A stretch of 64,000 nucleotides of DNA from an uncultured Chlamydiales bacterium (GTDB taxonomy: Bacteria > Chlamydiota > Chlamydiia > Chlamydiales > JAAKFR01). How positions within the stretch are numbered: the first letter of the stretch is position 1; each line of letters begins with the position of its first letter. Location: assembly GCA_963748195.1 (NCBI GenBank), contig CAVVHU010000009.1:3335-67334 (forward strand), given 5' to 3'. The notes under the pieces were generated by a model. The model ran no database searches, was not told where the DNA came from, and was given only the letters and a program-made list of their open reading frames with translations. A program made the position numbers and the translations under genes. This document shows, piece after piece, positions 57,687-64,000 of this stretch.

Positions 57687-59527
57687 TCTACTTCTCGTGT
57701 AATAAGATCGATATGGACAAGTTTAACACCGATTTTATCACCAGTTTGATATTTTCGCCCTCTTCTCTTTAAATCGGAAAAGGGGAGAAATCCGTCTAGC
57801 AGGAGCTCGGAAACCTCAAAAGCAAATCCAAAAGGTTTAACTTGCGTGACAACAGCCTTGTAGGTGCGGTCAGCCTCTTTTAATTGGGCGGCATGCAGAA
57901 GGCGGAGTTTTTTTAGCAAGATCACGGAATTTTCAGCTCGGCTAGAGAGTCGCTCCTTTTCAGAGCACAATTGAGCGATCTTTTCCATGTTCTCTTTTGG
58001 GTCTACATCTTCGAAAAGAAGGCGGTGTACGATGAGGTCGATGTAGCGGCGGATTGGGCTGGTAAAATGGGTGTAGTACTCAAGCCCAAGCCCATAGTGG
58101 CCTACATTGTCTGTTGAATAGCTCGCAAGTTTCATGCTTCGGATAAATTGCGTTGCGAGAAACTGACCAAAAGGACTCTCACGCGCCTCATCGAAGAGGC
58201 GTTGCAACTCTTCTGCAGAGGGAGCGTTGGATATCTTAAATCCAAGCGTTGAGGCAAGCGCAGCAAACTCCTTAATGTTCTCCGGGTTGGGCTCCTCATG
58301 GACGCGATAGGTGAGGGGTTTGCCCTCCTTGCTTAAATGTGTGGCCACGACTTCATTGGCTTTGAGCATAAATTCTTCAACCAACTGATGGGTGATGTCG
58401 TATTCTACAATCGCAATCTCTTTCGGAAATCCGGCAGAGTCAACATGGATCAATGTGTCGGGAAGAGCAAACTCGATGCTTCCCCTTTCAGCGCGTTGTT
58501 CTTTTAACCGATGGCACAACTCCACCATCAGTTTCAAATCCTTTAGAAATGGGCTTTTTTGCTTCCCGTCCAAAACCTCTTTTGCCTCTTCGTACGAGAA
58601 TCTTTTACGGCTCTGAATCACGCTTCTCTTGATCTCATAGCTTTTTAATATCCCGTTCTTATCCAATACCATCATGACAGAGATAGCAAGTCTGTCGACC
58701 TCAGGTTTTAAGCTGCATAAATGACTAGAGAGCTCATGCGGAAGCATTGGCAAGACGGTTCCGGGAAAATAGACTGAGTTACAGCGGGTTCGCGCTTCGC
58801 GGTCGAGTAAAGAGCCGGGGGTGACGTAGTGAGAGACATCGGCGATATGGACTCCGAGATAGAAGTTGCCTTGCCGATCTTTTCGAATCGAGAGGGCATC
58901 GTCGAAATCTTTCGCGGTCTCCGGATCGATGGTTATGCAGGGGAGTTTCCGCAAATCTTCGCGCTTTTGTAGATCTTTTTTGCGCACTTCTGCGCCGAAT
59001 TTTTTCGCCTCTCTCAAGGTTTTGTCCGAAAAAGAATCTTCTAATTCATACTCCTCCACCGCAGCCGTCACGTCGCACGCGGGGTCAGTGATATGGCCGA
59101 TATAGGCGCTCATTTCCCCCTGACTCTCACGTTTAGCCGAGCCCCAATCGAGCACATGGATGATAATGCGGTCGCCGATCTGCAATGTGCGCTCTTCAGA
59201 AGGGAGGATGCGCATCTCCTGTTCTTCTCCTAAAAGAGGGACATGGGCGTAAATATTTTTTTTGCTCATATATGTGATCGTTCCTGCCACGTGTGAGCGC
59301 CCTCTTCGGAGAATTTTTGCGACTTTTCCCTCAGGCCCCTTTTCTGAGACGAAACGGGTATTGACTTGTACCTCGACGTAATCTCCATCGACAGCTCCTT
59401 TCGTGAAACGTCGAGGGATGAAGATATCGAGAGGAAAACGGTCTCTTTCGTCAGGGATCAGAAAACCAAAGCCCTTTGGGTGAACCCGAAGGGTACCGGT
59501 CGCTATTTCAGATTTTTTAGTACGCAT
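57671..59527 (-). CDS. rnr: Ribonuclease R
   Basis: HPKGFGF, TIDPETAKDFDDALS, VHIADVS, EEFMLKAN, YTHFTSPIRRY.DL. Confidence 0.96.
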   Translation of the reverse strand: MRTKKSEIATGTLRVHPKGFGFLIPDERDRFPLDIFIPRRFTKGAVDGDYVEVQVNTRFVSEKGPEGKVAKILRRGRSHVAGTITYMSKKNIYAHVPLLGEEQEMRILPSEERTLQIGDRIIIHVLDWGSAKRESQGEMSAYIGHITDPACDVTAAVEEYELEDSFSDKTLREAKKFGAEVRKKDLQKREDLRKLPCITIDPETAKDFDDALSIRKDRQGNFYLGVHIADVSHYVTPGSLLDREARTRCNSVYFPGTVLPMLPHELSSHLCSLKPEVDRLAISVMMVLDKNGILKSYEIKRSVIQSRKRFSYEEAKEVLDGKQKSPFLKDLKLMVELCHRLKEQRAERGSIEFALPDTLIHVDSAGFPKEIAIVEYDITHQLVEEFMLKANEVVATHLSKEGKPLTYRVHEEPNPENIKEFAALASTLGFKISNAPSAEELQRLFDEARESPFGQFLATQFIRSMKLASYSTDNVGHYGLGLEYYTHFTSPIRRYIDLIVHRLLFEDVDPKENMEKIAQLCSEKERLSSRAENSVILLKKLRLLHAAQLKEADRTYKAVVTQVKPFGFAFEVSELLLDGFLPFSDLKRRGRKYQTGDKIGVKLVHIDLITREVEWELA

Positions 59528-59711
59528 ATGGGACTATCATAGCAGAAATCGCTTTAAACTAAATCATTAATAGTATAAATTTATCAAATATTTAATTTTT
59601 CGAAAAATATAACGAGGTAGTTTGTAAAATAATTTTTACTATTTCAATAATCTGTATTTTATATTAAAATAATACAATCTTTATAATAATTTTAAAAAAA
59701 AGGCATTTACA

Positions 59712-61487
59712 ATGAGTGGGATTTGCTTAACTGACCTAGCTCAAAGAACAGGTTTATCCAAATTTCAAGAGAGAGTGGATGCTGTTCACGCTAATATCAA
59801 AGATAATAATACTGCAACGAAGGTTTCAGTTGTTGTGGTCGCTCTTCTAGCGGCTCTAGCGATTGGTGCCGGAGCGGCCTTAATTGCTACTAGCGGAAGT
59901 CCGGGCGCTTTGTTTTATACAGGTTTAGGACTCGTTTCAACCGCCGTTCCACTTGTAATGTATACAGCTTTTCTGATTGGGTCTGGCAGACGACACAACA
60001 ATCAGGTTCTCAATGATTTAAATGCGACTACTATTGAAACTAACGGCATTTTAGATGCCATGCTAAGAGAAGGGGCGACCCGCGAGCAGATCATAGCTGC
60101 TATTGATTTTATGGATTTGCAGAGATATCTCCAACTTGTTGAGTTGGCTCTTGAACAAGTCGATTCTGAGCAAAAAAAGCTCGTTCTCGATTGCTTAGCT
60201 CGCGATGCAAAGTTTACAGCTGTAGAGGAGGTTCAGCAAGCAGAGGGAGAAGAGGAAGAAACGACTCGAATCAGCTTATCTATTGAACAGCGCACAGCGA
60301 TCCTAGATGGAGCTTCTTATGAAGCGGCAAGCCAGGCTATTAAATGGATGGGTGATTTACGCCGAGAGCTGATTTTACACCTTGCAACGACTGAAGGGGT
60401 TAGCGAGTCTGCCACCCGCGCCGCACTCAGCGCTGATAACTTTGTGAATTTGGCTGCGGGAACGCAAATCACTTTACTAGGCAAGCTCTCTCCGGAGAGC
60501 GCTGCAGCAGTCATTCGTGAGGTGTCAGTGCTTCCGGCTTACGCACAATTCTTACTTTTTGCCTCTTCGATGGTCAGCGAGGTTGTTGCGAATGCAATCG
60601 CAACATGTCCAACAGCATTAGCGGCATGGGTTTCCGGTGGTGTTCGGGAATGTCCAGATGGAATTGATGGAAATTATGTTGTGGACATCGCAAACAGGAT
60701 GTCGGTAGAGGGTAAAGCCGAATTTATCGATCACTTGACAATTCTTCGCGAACAGATTGAGGGTATTGATTCATTTAAAATCAATGATGTGATTCGCGCG
60801 ACATTAACTCAAACATTTGTGGGAGATGTTTCTCAGGAAGCCAATCAGGCTCTTGCGGCTCAATACGCCCGTTCGCCAGAAATTGTTGCCGACGCGATTT
60901 TTGAGCATACTTTCTGGATAACACCTGGGTTAATTGAAGCATTCTGGACTCAAATGGATGAGGATCAGAAGGAAGTCTGCAAGGAGAGACTTGTTGAGAG
61001 ATTTTTAAGAGTAGGTTCTAATGACTTCGCACGTCTCTATGAGGTTGGTAAATTTATGTTGGGCGTGACTTCAGAGTCATCTGAGCTTATTAAGGAAGTA
61101 AAAGATATTACCCTGAATAGATTAGCTATTTCTGTAGAACTTCAAGTTTTTCAGAGTTTAGCGAAAACATCAGATAGTAAAGAGTTATCTCCCGACGATA
61201 AAACGCGCCTCGATATCGCCCTTATTTTACTAGAGCGCATGGATTCAGGAAAAGCCCGTAATTTCATCGATAAGTTAGATGAAGGGCGCCGACAATTTGG
61301 AATACTAAAAGAGATTTTGTTGTATCCGCGTTACACTAAGATGTTGAGGCTCTTGATAAAAGAAGCGGCAGATGGGGTTACTGAAAAGCGAGCAGCGCTG
61401 TGCCGCATTTTCCGCGATGCCGGGACATATGGAAAGGTTCAAGACAAATTAAAAGGTTTTAACCTAGATGCTTTCAAAGAATCCTGA
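59712..61487 (+). CDS. Hypothetical Inc-like protein with long helical domain
   Basis: Bilobed hydrophobic domain near residues 38-90; extremely AT-rich upstream region; own terminator. Confidence 0.78.
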   Translation: MSGICLTDLAQRTGLSKFQERVDAVHANIKDNNTATKVSVVVVALLAALAIGAGAALIATSGSPGALFYTGLGLVSTAVPLVMYTAFLIGSGRRHNNQVLNDLNATTIETNGILDAMLREGATREQIIAAIDFMDLQRYLQLVELALEQVDSEQKKLVLDCLARDAKFTAVEEVQQAEGEEEETTRISLSIEQRTAILDGASYEAASQAIKWMGDLRRELILHLATTEGVSESATRAALSADNFVNLAAGTQITLLGKLSPESAAAVIREVSVLPAYAQFLLFASSMVSEVVANAIATCPTALAAWVSGGVRECPDGIDGNYVVDIANRMSVEGKAEFIDHLTILREQIEGIDSFKINDVIRATLTQTFVGDVSQEANQALAAQYARSPEIVADAIFEHTFWITPGLIEAFWTQMDEDQKEVCKERLVERFLRVGSNDFARLYEVGKFMLGVTSESSELIKEVKDITLNRLAISVELQVFQSLAKTSDSKELSPDDKTRLDIALILLERMDSGKARNFIDKLDEGRRQFGILKEILLYPRYTKMLRLLIKEAADGVTEKRAALCRIFRDAGTYGKVQDKLKGFNLDAFKES

Positions 61488-61506
61488 ATTGATAATTCCT
61501 TCTTAG

Positions 61507-61539
61507 ACCGTAGATAGAACCTATCTACGGTTTTTTTTT
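61507..61539 (+). terminator. Rho-independent terminator
   Basis: ACCGTAGATAG-AAC-CTATCTACGGT followed by a T run. Confidence 0.88.
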
Positions 61540-61567
61540 ATTGTCCTCTCTGCTACCCTCTACGATC

Positions 61568-64000
61568 ATGAAATACGACCCCCATCTTATCGAAAAAAAA
61601 TGGCAGAAATACTGGAAGGAAAACAAATCCTTTAAAGCTGTCGAAACTCCAGATAAACCGAAATACTATGTCCTGGATATGTTTCCCTATCCTTCGGGAG
61701 CGGGGCTTCATGTCGGCCATTTGATCGGTTACACAGCAACAGATATCCTTGCGCGTTACAAGTTAGCCCGCGGCTTTTCCGTTCTCCATCCCATGGGATG
61801 GGATAGTTTTGGCCTTCCTGCCGAACAATATGCCATCCGCACAGGAACGCATCCAGCGGTTACAACGCATGCAAATATCAAAAATTTTAAATCCCAGTTA
61901 GAATCGATCGGTTATGCCTATGATTGGGATCGCGAAGTGATGACAAGCGATCCTAAATATTACAAATGGACGCAATGGATTTTCACAAAGCTCTACGAGA
62001 GAGGACTCGCTTATCAAGCCGATATGCTCGTCAATTGGTGCCCGGCGCTTGGGACTGTGCTAGCTAACGAAGAGGTTGAAAACGGGTGCGCTAAAGAGGG
62101 AGGACATCCAATTGAGCGACGTCCACTCAAGCAATGGGTTTTGAAAATCACCGAATATGCCGACCGCCTCTTGACGGATCTCGATTTAGTCGATTGGCCC
62201 GATGGATTGAAGCGGTTGCAGCGCAATTGGATCGGCAGAAGCGAGGGTGCGCTTATCGATTTTTCTATCGAGGGAAGCGAGGAAAAGATCAGCGTCTTTA
62301 CGACCTGTCCGCATACGTTATTTGGCGTGACATACATGGTTCTTTCGCCTGAGCATCCACTTGTCAGTCGCGTCACAACAGAAGAGGCAAAGGAGGCTGT
62401 TGCCCTCTATCAGAAGATGACGGCAGAGAAAAGCGATTTAGAGCGGACTGAGCTTGCAAAGGTGAAAACGGGCGTTTTCACAGGTGGTTATGCGATCAAT
62501 CCTGTTAATGGAGAAAAAGTGCCTATTTGGATTGCCGACTATGTCTTGATGGGATATGGAACCGGCGCTGTGATGGCCGTGCCTGCACACGATTGCCGCG
62601 ATCAGGAGTTTGCTGAGCAGTTCGATCTGCCGATCAAGCAGGTAATCGATGACAAAGAGCATTTGATCAATAGCGACTGGCTGAACGGGTTGACTATCGA
62701 AGAGGGGATTAAAAAGGTTAATGAGTGGCTAGAGAAAAAGGGAGTTGGAAAACCTACTGTGAACTACAAGCTTCGCGATTGGCTTTTCTCACGGCAGCGC
62801 TATTGGGGCGAACCGTTTCCGATTCTCCACTTCGAGGATGGGACGACACGCGCGCTCGATATCGATGAACTCCCGCTTGAGCCGCCTGAAGTCGAAGAGT
62901 ATAAGCCGAGCCCTAGCGGAGAGAGTCCTTTAGCAAAGGTAGAAGAGTGGGTTGCGGTAAAAGACCCAAAGACAGGCAAACCGGCCCGGCGCGAAACCAA
63001 TACAATGCCTCAGTGGGCAGGATCGTGCTGGTATTATTTACGCTTTTGCGATCCCCATAATGAAAGCGCTGCTTGGGAACCGGGAAAGGAGAAGTACTGG
63101 CTGCCTGTGGATATGTATATCGGGGGAGCCGAGCATGCTGTTTTGCACCTTTTATATGCTCGATTTTGGCACAAAGTTTTGTTCGATTGCGGTCTTGTAA
63201 GTACTCAAGAGCCATTCCAACGATTAACAAATCAAGGCCTTGTCGTTGCACGCGCCTATCAAAAAGTCGGCGGGCACTATGTCGAGCCCAGCGAAGTTGT
63301 CGAGCGTGAGGGAAGGTATTTCCATTGGGAGAGCGGAGAGGAGCTGCGCAGTCAGATCGAGAAGATGTCCAAATCCAAGCTAAACGGTGTCTCTCCCGAT
63401 GATATTAGCGAGGAGTTTGGTGCAGATGCGATGCGTCTTTATTCGATGTTCATGGGGCCGATCGAAAAAGAGAAAGTTTGGAATACCGACGGTGTGAATG
63501 GATGCCGCCGTTTTCTCAATCGCTTTTATGAAATGGCGACATCAGACAAAGTGACTGACAATCATTCCCAGGAGGGAATGCAGCTCGCGCATCAGCTTGT
63601 GCAGGGCGCTACAGATGACATTGAAAAACTGCTCTTTAACACAGCCATCTCCAAACTGATGGAGTTTGTGAATGCGTTTGTCAAGCTGCCGGAATATCCC
63701 AAAGAGGCGGTGAAGCTAGCCGTACAAGTGCTGGCGCCTCTAGCTCCTCATATTGCGGAAGAGTTGTGGCAGCACTTAGGCGAAAAGGGATGTGTATCGC
63801 ATCACTCTTGGCCTGTGGCGGATCCCAAATATTTGGTTCAAGAAAAAGTCACCTATGTTGTTCAAGTAAATGGGAAGGTGCGCGGCCGTTTTGAGTTGCC
63901 GAAGGATCAAAATGAGGAGACGATTGTCGATTTAGCCAGACAAGATCCCGCGGTTGCAAGGTTTCTTACAGGTGAAATTAAAAAAGTCATTTTTGTGCCA
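61568..64000 (+). CDS. leuS: Leucyl-tRNA synthetase (runs off the window; absent from the ORF track)
   Basis: Manual translation [77 protein letters not shown]. Confidence 0.97.
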   Translation, partial: MKYDPHLIEKKWQKYWKENKSFKAVETPDKPKYYVLDMFPYPSGAGLHVGHLIGYTATDILARYKLARGFSVLHPMGWDSFGLPAEQYAIRTGTHPAVTTHANIKNFKSQLESIGYAYDWDREVMTSDPKYYKWTQWIFTKLYERGLAYQADMLVNWCPALGTVLANEEVENGCAKEGGHPIERRPLKQWVLKITEYADRLLTDLDLVDWPDGLKRLQRNWIGRSEGALIDFSIEGSEEKISVFTTCPHTLFGVTYMVLSPEHPLVSRVTTEEAKEAVALYQKMTAEKSDLERTELAKVKTGVFTGGYAINPVNGEKVPIWIADYVLMGYGTGAVMAVPAHDCRDQEFAEQFDLPIKQVIDDKEHLINSDWLNGLTIEEGIKKVNEWLEKKGVGKPTVNYKLRDWLFSRQRYWGEPFPILHFEDGTTRALDIDELPLEPPEVEEYKPSPSGESPLAKVEEWVAVKDPKTGKPARRETNTMPQWAGSCWYYLRFCDPHNESAAWEPGKEKYWLPVDMYIGGAEHAVLHLLYARFWHKVLFDCGLVSTQEPFQRLTNQGLVVARAYQKVGGHYVEPSEVVEREGRYFHWESGEELRSQIEKMSKSKLNGVSPDDISEEFGADAMRLYSMFMGPIEKEKVWNTDGVNGCRRFLNRFYEMATSDKVTDNHSQEGMQLAHQLVQGATDDIEKLLFNTAISKLMEFVNAFVKLPEYPKEAVKLAVQVLAPLAPHIAEELWQHLGEKGCVSHHSWPVADPKYLVQEKVTYVVQVNGKVRGRFELPKDQNEETIVDLARQDPAVARFLTGEIKKVIFVP

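Noticed and set aside
62014-63309. Several short ORFs listed near the window end
   Set aside because: They are shadow or alternate-frame ORFs within leuS, which the track missed because it has no stop codon in the window
1-64000. CRISPR array, rRNA, tRNA or prophage
   Set aside because: No regularly spaced repeats, cas genes, structural RNA signatures or phage genes were recognised by eye; a tRNAscan-SE/Infernal run would be needed to exclude small RNAs

Overview
A 64-kb chromosomal segment from an environmental member of the phylum Chlamydiota, inferred from protein sequences and recalled chlamydial gene order (gatCAB, rnhC/rodZ, yyaL-surA-like-ksgA, dxs-xseBA/tpiA, maf-HEAT-lptD, mqnE-mqnA-menG, DUF3604-rsbV-CBS-ybeY). 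Housekeeping blocks alternate with accessory islets: Inc-like membrane proteins behind very AT-rich promoters, a photolyase, an EmrAB-TolC pump beside an IS5 relic, a Vat-type acetyltransferase interrupted by a complete IS200/IS605 (tnpA + frameshifted tnpB) element, an AbiEi/AbiEii toxin-antitoxin pair bracketed by a chimeric duplicate of nadK, a stand-alone GIY-YIG nuclease, an HD-GYP phosphodiesterase and an Rsm22-like methyltransferase. The most unusual non-coding signal is two unrelated families of ~164-bp elements that each fold back along their whole length into one long hairpin and carry target-site duplications. Family A has two near-identical copies 53 kb apart (TANTA duplication); family B has one copy (CTAG duplication). 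One copy of each sits side by side in a decayed LRR-like gene. No rRNA, tRNA or CRISPR array was seen. All calls come from reading motifs by eye; no database search was run.
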